A stretch of DNA of 64,000 nt from assembly GCA_963665095.1 (NCBI GenBank), contig OY762069.1:2400001-2464000 (forward strand), given 5' to 3'. Both the position numbers and the translations under genes were made by a program. The first letter of the stretch is position 1, and each line of letters opens with the position of its first letter. This document shows positions 30,552-38,633 of the stretch, piece after piece. Source of the stretch: an uncultured Desulfobacter sp. (GTDB lineage: Bacteria; Desulfobacterota; Desulfobacteria; Desulfobacterales; Desulfobacteraceae). The notes under the pieces were generated by a model, which did not search any database, was not told the origin of the DNA, and saw nothing but the letters and a program-made list of their open reading frames with translations.

Positions 30552-31547
30552 ATGAAACTTAAATTTTGGATCGCCGTGGCACTGGTCCTTACCGGACTGA
30601 TCGGTACCGGCGGGTACCTGAGCCTGGATAAAAAGGGCAGCGGGCAGTTCACCCTGGGGCAAAACCCGGACCTGCCCACCCTGACCTTTTATACCACAGG
30701 CCTTGCCACCACCCCCCAGCTTGCCTTCTGGCATGCTGTAAACCAGGGCAGCATCCTTGAAAGGTGCAATATCAGGGTCTGCCTGTGGAAAAACCTGGAT
30801 GATCTGAGGGGAATTTTACTGGCCGGCAAAGGGGACCTGTGGCTGGGGCATACCGACGGGTTTGTCCAGGCGGCCCGCCGGGGCGCACCGGTTCAACTGA
30901 TGATCACATCCGGGTGGCGGAAGTTCTACCTGGTGTCAAGGGATCCGGGCAAAATACGCTTTGCCGATTTCAGGGGCAACACCCTTGCCGTTGCCCCGCC
31001 CGGATCACCGGCAATGCCCGTCCTTGAAAAGATGATGGGAAAAGAGGACAAACAAATCTCCTTTGTCTCCCATGAACCCCGGCAACTGGCCATGAAGCTT
31101 GCCAAAGGCATGGTGGATGCAGCCGTGTTGCCCGAACCTTTGGTCTCGGTTATCCTGGGCAAAGTCAATGACCTGGTACCGGGAGAAAATCTGGAATCCG
31201 CCTATGGCAGGTTCTGCGGGGGAGAGCCCAGGATGCCCATTGCAGGCTTGGCTGTAAATGCCGGGACAGCAGAAAAATATCCCGGTCTGATCCGGTTCAT
31301 TGAAGGCGAGATCCTCGACCACTCGCGGCAGATCCAGGACCATCCCCGGGAGGCGGTTCGGACCCTGCCGGCGCAGTTCAGGTCATTTGTCAGGGAAGAG
31401 GCCGTTGTCCGCTCCCTGGACAGGGACCTGGTCTTTGCGGCAAGATCCCTGGATGTAAAGGCGGAGATCATGGACTATGTCTTCCTGATTCAGTCCGGGC
31501 TGAAAGGGCCTGAAACAGGCCTTGCCGAATCAATATTCTGGAGATAA
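30552..31547 (+). CDS. ABC transporter substrate-binding protein (NitT/TauT type)
   Basis: N-terminal anchor, ADFRG.TL, VDAAVLPEP. Confidence 0.82.
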   Translation: MKLKFWIAVALVLTGLIGTGGYLSLDKKGSGQFTLGQNPDLPTLTFYTTGLATTPQLAFWHAVNQGSILERCNIRVCLWKNLDDLRGILLAGKGDLWLGHTDGFVQAARRGAPVQLMITSGWRKFYLVSRDPGKIRFADFRGNTLAVAPPGSPAMPVLEKMMGKEDKQISFVSHEPRQLAMKLAKGMVDAAVLPEPLVSVILGKVNDLVPGENLESAYGRFCGGEPRMPIAGLAVNAGTAEKYPGLIRFIEGEILDHSRQIQDHPREAVRTLPAQFRSFVREEAVVRSLDRDLVFAARSLDVKAEIMDYVFLIQSGLKGPETGLAESIFWR

Positions 31548-31550
31548 GCC

Positions 31551-32294
31551 GTGCCTTTTATGTTCTGCCTTGGCATCATTGCCGGTATATGGATGATCGC
31601 GCATCTTGCCTTTGGTGAAAGCCTTGTGCCCTGTCCAGGTGACACGTTTTCAACCCTGGCCGGCATGGTATGCACAAAGGATTTCTGGGTACACCTGAAT
31701 ATCACCTTGTTCAGGGGTGTCCTGGCACTTGGTGCGGCAGTGGCCGCCGCCCTGGTACTGGGCATCGGGGCCGGTCGGTATGGAAAACTCATGGATCTTG
31801 TCTCGCCCCTTGCGGCCTTTGTCCAGGCGGTGCCGCCCATCCTCTGGATCACCCTGGTCATGGTCTGGGCCGGCACAGGCAATGCCGTGCCTGTCCTGGT
31901 GGTGTTTGCCTCTTTGCTGCCGCCGCTTTTCATGACCGTGGCCATGGCAACGGCCAGCCTGAACCCGCAGTTTTTCCAGTTAAGGCAGATCTACCATATC
32001 CCCGGGCCTGTCATTATTAAAGACCTTATTTTGCCCGGTATTTTCCCCCATTTTGTAGGGGGGTTTTCATTTGCCCTGGGCTCCTGCCTGAAAGTGGCGG
32101 CTGTGGCTGAATTTCTGGGCGCAGAACAGGGGATCGGGGCAAGGATTTACTGGGCCTACCGCATGATGGAAATGGAGAGGCTTTTTGCCTGGGCCCTGGT
32201 GCTGGTGGGCCTGGGCATGGGCCTTGATCATTTCCTGGTCAGGCCCCTTCGCCGGATCTCACAATCCTATGGGGCGCATAATGCTGATACTTGA
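31551..32294 (+). CDS. ABC transporter permease (NitT/TauT type)
   Basis: Multiple TM segments, TLFR, VPP, AVAEFLG..GIG. Confidence 0.9.
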   Translation: MPFMFCLGIIAGIWMIAHLAFGESLVPCPGDTFSTLAGMVCTKDFWVHLNITLFRGVLALGAAVAAALVLGIGAGRYGKLMDLVSPLAAFVQAVPPILWITLVMVWAGTGNAVPVLVVFASLLPPLFMTVAMATASLNPQFFQLRQIYHIPGPVIIKDLILPGIFPHFVGGFSFALGSCLKVAAVAEFLGAEQGIGARIYWAYRMMEMERLFAWALVLVGLGMGLDHFLVRPLRRISQSYGAHNADT

Positions 32295-32895
32295 CAATAT
32301 TTGCAAAGCCTACAACGGCACCCCGGTGCTGGACCGGGTAAATATCCGGATCAAGCCGGGGGACATGCTCTGCCTTGCCGGCAAGTCCGGCATTGGAAAA
32401 TCCACCCTGCTCTCCATTGCCGCAGGCCTTGAAAAAGCGGACAGCGGCCGGGTAATACAACAGTATTCATCGGCCGGGTTTGCCTTTCAACTGCCTGTTC
32501 TCCTGCCGTGGAAAACCACTTGCGAAAACATGGCCTTTGTCCTGTCGGGCAAAAAGAGAGCTGGGGCAGAAGATTCAATCGCCTGCTGGCTGGAAAAACT
32601 CGGGCTGTCTGATGCCGCAGACAAACGGCCCGACCAGTTGAGCGGTGGCATGAAAAAACGGCTGGGCCTTGGCACGGCCCTGGTCACAGCACCTGATTTC
32701 CTGTTTTTAGACGAGCCCTTTACCTTCCTGGACCAGCAGTGGCAGCAAACCATTGCCGAAATCCTGCTGGATTTGAAACAGACAAAAGGCACCACCGTTT
32801 TCATGGCAAGCCATGAACTTGACCCGGTGCGACGGATGGGGGCAACCATTTTCCCGGCAGACTTTTTATTGTCAGAGCACGGTCTTTGTCCGTAA
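32281..32895 (+). CDS. ABC transporter ATP-binding protein (NitT/TauT type)
   Basis: GKSGIGKS, FQ...LLPW, LSGGM, LDEPF, SH. Confidence 0.92.
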   Translation: MLILDNICKAYNGTPVLDRVNIRIKPGDMLCLAGKSGIGKSTLLSIAAGLEKADSGRVIQQYSSAGFAFQLPVLLPWKTTCENMAFVLSGKKRAGAEDSIACWLEKLGLSDAADKRPDQLSGGMKKRLGLGTALVTAPDFLFLDEPFTFLDQQWQQTIAEILLDLKQTKGTTVFMASHELDPVRRMGATIFPADFLLSEHGLCP

Positions 32896-33329
32896 ACCGG
32901 GTTAAATCCCGATACGGTTATTGGCAAACATATGCCATGACCGTGATTTACAGATATCCCGACTGTGGTGGTCTTCATATAATGAAAGTAGCTCAACAGC
33001 ATATTGAGACTTTCTTTTATATGAAAGAGTGCATTAAGTTACTGAGTTTTTTTCAACCTTTGTTGTGAGTCGAACCCTGACAGAAGATATGTCAGGTCGG
33101 CCCGTGGCCGTTATAGGAAACGGAAAATAATTTTACGGTAAAAGTCAGGTTGGAACCGTAACTGGCCGAGGTTGCCTTGCCGCAAAGTTCCTTTAAAGAG
33201 CTGTCAGGCGTTATGGGTTCATTGTGAAAATATTGACCAGCCATTGACCGGAACTTTGAGTGCGGAACCGGGCCTTACCCTCCGAAACATAGGAGAACAG
33301 TGCAAATCCATCCTGACTGGAAAATTACG

Positions 33330-33520
33330 AAGAGAGAATCTACCCTATTGATTTGGCTGTTGCAAAGAGTTGGGGAAGTATCCAGGGTAGAGCGGAGAAC
33401 AATGGCACTCCTGTTGCCTCCGTTGACAGTTTGATAGCAGCAGTGGCCCAAACACACAATTTAATTGTCGTAACAAGAAATGAAAAAGCTTTTACTGCAA
33501 CCAATGTTACAATACTGATG
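33330..33520 (+). pseudogene. C-terminal fragment of a VapC/PIN toxin
   Basis: RIYPIDLAVAKSWG...VDSLIAAVAQTHNLIVVTRNEKAF; N-terminal LDT motif missing. Confidence 0.78.
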
Positions 33521-33529
33521 TTTATATAT

Positions 33530-33772
33530 ATCACATCTATACCAGGCAGAACTTTGCCTGTGAAAGCTTTGAGTTTCCCATGGGCAGCAACGGAGAACTG
33601 TCCTTTTTGATTCCCGCATTTGGAAGCCCGGATTTTGTCATTGACAGCGCCGGCCTGAGTCTGACTGTCACAGATGTTGATTTAAGCAACCTTAACCCTG
33701 TGCCTTTCCCAGGTGCTGTATGATTTCTTGGGGCAGGCTGCGTGGTATTTGGATTACTGGCTCAAAACCGCT
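33530..33772 (+). pseudogene. remnant of a PEP-CTERM/VPLPA-CTERM protein
   Basis: ...LSNLNPVPFPGAV*FLGAGCVVFGLL with TGA at 33721 where Trp is usual. Confidence 0.6.
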
Positions 33773-33791
33773 TTACAGCCGGGATAAGTTT

Positions 33792-34070
33792 TTAGCCAAG
33801 GGCTTTATCCAGGGACAGGTTTACCTGTTCTTCGATTTTGCCTTTCAGGGCTTTAGCAAGCAGCCCTAAAGAAATCTCCACATTGATGGCACTGTCGGTC
33901 AGTTCAACCACGCCTTTTTTCAATCCGGTTCCGGAAAGGGTGGCTGTGTTACCGGCCCAAGCGCTTTTAATGCCGTATTGGGATTGAAGCTCGCCGGCCA
34001 TCTCTTCAAGACGTTTTCGTGCATCACTTATTTCTAACCTATGGGATTTATTTATTTTAATATCCGCCAT
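33792..34070 (-). CDS. polyhydroxyalkanoic acid system family protein (PHA_gran_rgn)
   Basis: MADI.I..SH.L...AR...YGI...W.G, LGLL, IEEQV pattern. Confidence 0.82.
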   Translation of the reverse strand: MADIKINKSHRLEISDARKRLEEMAGELQSQYGIKSAWAGNTATLSGTGLKKGVVELTDSAINVEISLGLLAKALKGKIEEQVNLSLDKALG

Positions 34071-34136
34071 TTTTTACCTCTTTTGCATATTTTCAAGTTA
34101 CTTCACCCGGACCGGTAAACCAAAGATAAGCTGAAC

Positions 34137-34772
34137 CTATTGTTTTTTCAATAAGCGGGGGAAAAACATGCCAACACGCTTTTGATAACAGGTATATTTA
34201 TTACCAAGTTGTTTTACAAGCACGGCTTCTTCAGCCCTGGCAGCGGGATAAATCCCTAAGGCAATCAAAACGGCAGCCCCCAACGGTATGAGGTTTAAAA
34301 AGGTCAGGCCCAGGCCTGCATTAATTAAAAAATAGGCAGTGTAAAGGGGATGTCGAATCACAGCAAAAGGTCCCTTGTCAATGAGGACATGCCTGTCAAG
34401 GGTGCCGGAGGGTGCCGGGCGAAGGTACTTGCCGGCAGCAACAATGGCCAGGTTGTAAGTCACGGCACCGGTTAAAAAGATGCCCAAACCGGCTGTTTGC
34501 AACAGCCAGGCCGGTATTGAACCGATATTTGCCTGATTTACAATATTTGTGCTGTGGGGTGAAAACAGGTGTATAATGCCGCCAGCCCAGGTACTCCACA
34601 TACCCAGCACTCCGGCTGCCAGCAGGTAAAAGGAAAAATTATAATGGGCTTTATTGCCCTGGGGACCTGCTTTTTTTTCGTTTTGATAGGACCGCCAGTA
34701 TTCTGTTGCCGGGAAAACCATGACAATCAAAGGAGTTATCAGAAAAGCGGCTGCAATATAATTTGTTATCAC
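34137..34772 (-). CDS. isoprenylcysteine carboxylmethyltransferase / PEMT family membrane protein
   Basis: GPFAVIRHPLY, EEAVL..LG.KY..Y..RV..FFP. Confidence 0.9.
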   Translation of the reverse strand: MITNYIAAAFLITPLIVMVFPATEYWRSYQNEKKAGPQGNKAHYNFSFYLLAAGVLGMWSTWAGGIIHLFSPHSTNIVNQANIGSIPAWLLQTAGLGIFLTGAVTYNLAIVAAGKYLRPAPSGTLDRHVLIDKGPFAVIRHPLYTAYFLINAGLGLTFLNLIPLGAAVLIALGIYPAARAEEAVLVKQLGNKYTCYQKRVGMFFPRLLKKQ

Positions 34773-34847
34773 CGTTTCATATCCTTTTTTCGCGTTTTAA
34801 ACCATTTTTACTCTTTTTATGAAACATATCATAACACAAAAAAACGA

Positions 34848-34873
34848 AGGAACAGCCCTGATGGGGTGTTCCT
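34848..34873 (-). terminator. rho-independent terminator
   Basis: AGGAACA.CCC/GGG.TGTTCCT stem followed on the minus strand by a T tract. Confidence 0.6.
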
Positions 34874-34978
34874 CCTAAAAACAGTGTTAAAACGGTTAAA
34901 ATTTTAATTTACAGTTGTGAAAACCGAATTGATTTTGTCATACGCGGCACAGCCGGACGGACTTATCCCTGCAGCCGC

Positions 34979-35284
34979 TTAGGCTCTTCTCTTGGATGCC
35001 TTGATGGGGTTCAAAGCTTTGCCTTTGCTCTGGCCGGTGTCGGTTTTTATCAGGTGCTTGTTGGCATTGAACAGCTGCAACGGGTCAAGGCCTAAGTTCT
35101 CCAACGTCTGGTTTATCTCATGCCTGGGGACCCCGTACCGGTTGACATCGGCCAGCATCCGGTCCACCCGGTCCCGGGTGGTCAGATACAGCCCTTCGCC
35201 GTCAATGGCGATCAACTGGGTGATCCCGTTATTTTCCACTTCCTGGATAATCATATCTGATGTTGTGCCATAGCGGTTTTCCAT
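34979..35284 (-). CDS. hypothetical protein
   Basis: 101-aa ORF MENRYGTT... with AAGGAG RBS, upstream TATAAT, downstream terminator. Confidence 0.75.
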   Translation of the reverse strand: MENRYGTTSDMIIQEVENNGITQLIAIDGEGLYLTTRDRVDRMLADVNRYGVPRHEINQTLENLGLDPLQLFNANKHLIKTDTGQSKGKALNPIKASKRRA

Positions 35285-35464
35285 TTCTGCTCCTTTATAA
35301 ATGGGTTTGTTATGACAAAGCACCCCTCTTCATTTTATTAAGAAGGGTGCTTTGTGGTCTTTCCCCTTTTTTTTGCCAAAAATTATATTGCCTGTGCGTT
35401 GCGTTATGAGAAACTGCAGTAAATATTGCTGCACAGACGCTTCTTACATCACACCAACAGGTGC

Positions 35465-35950
35465 TCAGCTCCTGCGCCTGATCCCGGCAAGGGCGATGAG
35501 TCCCGGGCCTAAAAGCAGGATTGTACCTGGGACAGGTGTCTGGTTCTGGGCGTTGAGAATTGCCGGGATCATGGCCGCAAACTCGTCGGCGCTGGCTGCA
35601 TAATTTTCTGCAGCCTCTTCCACGGTCAGGCTGCTGGCCACAAATGTCGGCCACCAATAGCTGTAATCTGTATTAGTAACAAGGTCCTCAAATTCCGTTG
35701 AGCCGTATCTTAAATGATAATGCAGCATACTTTCTTCACTGTCCTGGTGTACGGCTGTAAGGATGATATATTTATAAGGATCATCGTCTGCTGCGCCTGC
35801 ATTGGTGAAGCAATGCCAAGCCACTTCATAGTCGCCCCAGTAACCTGTTGAAATGCCTCCATAGGTATACGAGACCGTGTCAGCATCATCAATTTTTACG
35901 GCCAGTGCAAATAACACTGAGATAATTTGAATTATTTTCTTTCCTGTCAT
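35465..35950 (-). CDS. PEP-CTERM-type exosortase substrate (possibly internally deleted)
   Basis: C-terminus TPVPGTILLLGPGLIALAGIRRRS; leader lacks a clear AxA site. Confidence 0.75.
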   Translation of the reverse strand: MTGKKIIQIISVLFALAVKIDDADTVSYTYGGISTGYWGDYEVAWHCFTNAGAADDDPYKYIILTAVHQDSEESMLHYHLRYGSTEFEDLVTNTDYSYWWPTFVASSLTVEEAAENYAASADEFAAMIPAILNAQNQTPVPGTILLLGPGLIALAGIRRRS

Positions 35951-36246
35951 GTCTGTCCCCTTAGCTTTGAAATAAAAGGGGAAAGTTTATTAAATGGAAT
36001 TCTCCCGGCAACCTGCCGGGTCTCTTTGTCTTCAGGTTTGTAATCAGGGAGGTCACTTTGAGGTCTGCGAAAAGGGTGACCATCGCTTTTTATGAACCTG
36101 ATTTCCAATAATACGGGAACAGTTCTATGTCAATTAAAAAATTAGATATAACAAATATTGTTTTCTATACACAACCAAATAGTCAATGATAATAAATATG
36201 AAGCAGAAGGGAGGTTTGGGGAAAACCTTGACAGTAAAATTCTATT

Positions 36247-36266
36247 AATTTAGACAGATCTAAATT
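36247..36266. promoter_or_regulatory. candidate DtxR/MntR-type operator AATTTAGA-N4-TCTAAATT
   Basis: Perfect 8-bp inverted repeat downstream of TTGACA (36228-36233), upstream of the AraC gene. Confidence 0.6.
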
Positions 36267-36432
36267 GTTTAGGGGCATAGAATTTTAGATAGATTTTTCA
36301 AATTTCGGAGGGCCATGGGATGTCAAAGATAGCATTGACACAATAATTTACTATGATATATCAAATGGCAGAACTAACTTATTTTGATGTGGCATATTAT
36401 TCGTTTTCTTCCTGATCGGAGTCACCATACGC

Positions 36433-37401
36433 ATGAATGCGCAGCAACAAAAAAACGGCTTTCCTGAAATGCAATCCTTTGAGATGCCAAAGGGGGCAGG
36501 GATACAACAGATAGAAATAAAACCGGGGATGAAACTGTCACTGGTGAATTTTTTGCCGGATGACCCCCAAAAATATACGTTTGAAACCCGGGACGCCCCT
36601 CTGGAATTTTCCTTTCATCTGTCAGGTCAGGCAGATTATTCCATTCACCACCAGAAAGGGAAAAACGACTTCAAAGGGAAATCCGGTTTAAACATTGCCT
36701 CATGCTTCCCCAATTCCCACAGCACCATGGAAATAAAAGGCAACGCCCCCATCCGTATGGTGGCCATCCATATGGAACCCTCATTTTTAGCGAATTATCT
36801 GACCGGGCAGGGGCAATGCCAGCTGCAGGAATTTGAAAGCTTAGTTCAAACAGGGAAATTCCCATACTATTTCAAGCCCGGCCGGATGTCGGCATCCATG
36901 TCGGTTGTTTCCGCGCAACTGTTTGACTGCCCCTATGGCGGGATTGCCGGACAGTGGTTTTATGAAAGCAAGACCCTGGAATTACTGGTGCTGCAATTCG
37001 CACGGATATCGGACCTTTTTCAGCAGGCCCAGGACCGGATGGCGGTGAGCGGCCAGGATGCCGAGCGTATTCGCATGGCGCAGGGTCTTCTGTGCAGGGA
37101 CCTGGAAAACCCGCCGTCACTGTTCCAGCTTGCCAGGGCCGTGGGCATGACCCACACCAAACTGAACAAGGGGTTTAAGCACTTCTACGGCACCACCGTA
37201 TTCGGCTACCTGCGCCGCCACCGCCTGGAGGAAAGCCGGCTGTTGCTGGATGCCGGCCAGCTGAATATTTCAGAAACAGCCTATGCAAGCGGATTCAGCA
37301 GCCCAAGCCATTTTGCCAGGGCCTTCTTTGCGCATTTCGGGGTCCAGCCAAGCGTTTATCTTAAAGAGGTTCTTCAGCGCCGTATGATTTCCGTGGGTTG
37401 A
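36433..37401 (+). CDS. AraC family regulator, PchR-like
   Basis: CPYGG...YESKTLEL, PPSLFQLARAVG..KLNKGF...GTTVFGYL, GFSSPSHFA. Confidence 0.94.
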   Translation: MNAQQQKNGFPEMQSFEMPKGAGIQQIEIKPGMKLSLVNFLPDDPQKYTFETRDAPLEFSFHLSGQADYSIHHQKGKNDFKGKSGLNIASCFPNSHSTMEIKGNAPIRMVAIHMEPSFLANYLTGQGQCQLQEFESLVQTGKFPYYFKPGRMSASMSVVSAQLFDCPYGGIAGQWFYESKTLELLVLQFARISDLFQQAQDRMAVSGQDAERIRMAQGLLCRDLENPPSLFQLARAVGMTHTKLNKGFKHFYGTTVFGYLRRHRLEESRLLLDAGQLNISETAYASGFSSPSHFARAFFAHFGVQPSVYLKEVLQRRMISVG

Positions 37402-37466
37402 TCTGCATTCCCCATGCGGTCTATCATTTTTTTCCATGACTGACTTTGCTTTTATTATATTCCATT

Positions 37467-37504
37467 CTTTTGTTCAGCAAATGACAGCTTTTGTTCAGCG
37501 GATG
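37467..37504 (+). promoter_or_regulatory. candidate AraC activator site (direct repeat, 21-bp period)
   Basis: CTTTTGTTCAGCAAATG at 37467 and CTTTTGTTCAGCGGATG at 37488, followed by TAGACA (-35-like). Confidence 0.65.
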
Positions 37505-37595
37505 TTAGACAATTCTTCGTGTTTTTTGAAAAAATGCATTCCCGTTACTGGTTGCACCTTTTGAAAACACATTAATCCCAGGAGAATTGATTTCC

Positions 37596-38630
37596 ATGAA
37601 AACACTGCCAACTGTCGACCTCAGCTACCGCCCGCTCCATGAAATATCCATGGGCCCGTTAAAAGCGGCGCTGCTGAATTATGCCATTGACCTGAAAATA
37701 TTTGATGAACTGACCCGGCCGGCCACCGGCGAACAGATTGCCGCAAGACTGGGTACAGATGAGGGAAATACCCGGCGGTTTCTCAATGCCCTGTCCACCC
37801 TGGACCTGCTGGAGAAAAAAAACGGGCAGTACCGGAACCGTCCCATTTCCGACACCTTTCTGGTTTCTGACTCACCGTCCTGCATCGCCCCGTTACTGAA
37901 ACAGACCCAGGACAGCCGGTTAAATCCCCTGGACCAGATCGGTCAACTGGTTAAAAACGGGCCTCTGGATATGCAGCAGCAGGTTGACTTTTCTGATGAG
38001 GCCATCTGGATGGAGGAGGCAAAAACCTCCGCAGGCTGGGTTCTGGGCGGGGCCGGTCCAATTGTGGCCGACATTGTTTCAGCCCTTCCGGAATTCAACC
38101 GTTTTGAAAAAATGCTGGATTTAGGGTGCGGCCACGGGGTGTTCTCCCTGTACATTTTAAGCAGGCATCCTTCCCTTAGCAGCGTTCTGCTTGACCGCCC
38201 CACGGTTCTGGAGGCGGCAAGTTATTTCTGTGAAACATACGGGTTACCGGACAGGGTCTCATTCCTGCCGGCTGACTACATGAAAGACAGCATCTGCGAT
38301 GATCCGGAAAACGGATATGACCTTGTATTTGCCAGTGCCACACTCAATTTTGCCATCCACCGGTTTGACGATATGATGCAAAAAATTTATGACGCCCTGA
38401 AACCCGGGGGCTATTTCATCAGTTTCCAGGACGGCATGACCCATGAACAGACCCGTCCTGACACCATGCTGGGCGCGGTTGTCCCTGCAATGATGAGCGG
38501 GGCAGATTACTTTTTTCCCCAGGGCATGATCGCAGAAAGCGCTGCCAGGTGCGGATTTCAATCCATCCGGTCCAGAACGGTGGCCACACCTGTGGGAGAG
38601 ATGGACGTTGATATTGCCCGGAAAGCCTAA
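37596..38630 (+). CDS. O-methyltransferase (dimerisation domain + Methyltransf_2)
   Basis: AIDLKIFD.L N-terminal dimerisation helix, MLDLGCGHG, ALKPGG. Confidence 0.9.
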   Translation: MKTLPTVDLSYRPLHEISMGPLKAALLNYAIDLKIFDELTRPATGEQIAARLGTDEGNTRRFLNALSTLDLLEKKNGQYRNRPISDTFLVSDSPSCIAPLLKQTQDSRLNPLDQIGQLVKNGPLDMQQQVDFSDEAIWMEEAKTSAGWVLGGAGPIVADIVSALPEFNRFEKMLDLGCGHGVFSLYILSRHPSLSSVLLDRPTVLEAASYFCETYGLPDRVSFLPADYMKDSICDDPENGYDLVFASATLNFAIHRFDDMMQKIYDALKPGGYFISFQDGMTHEQTRPDTMLGAVVPAMMSGADYFFPQGMIAESAARCGFQSIRSRTVATPVGEMDVDIARKA

Positions 38631-38633
38631 CTG

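Noticed and set aside
33060..33200. c-di-GMP riboswitch or integron attC
   Set aside because: Only partial GGTTGCC/GTTA matches; no GAAA tetraloop-receptor or paired attC boxes; no integrase
36185..36200. Fur box (AATGATAAT)
   Set aside because: Only a half site in AT-rich DNA
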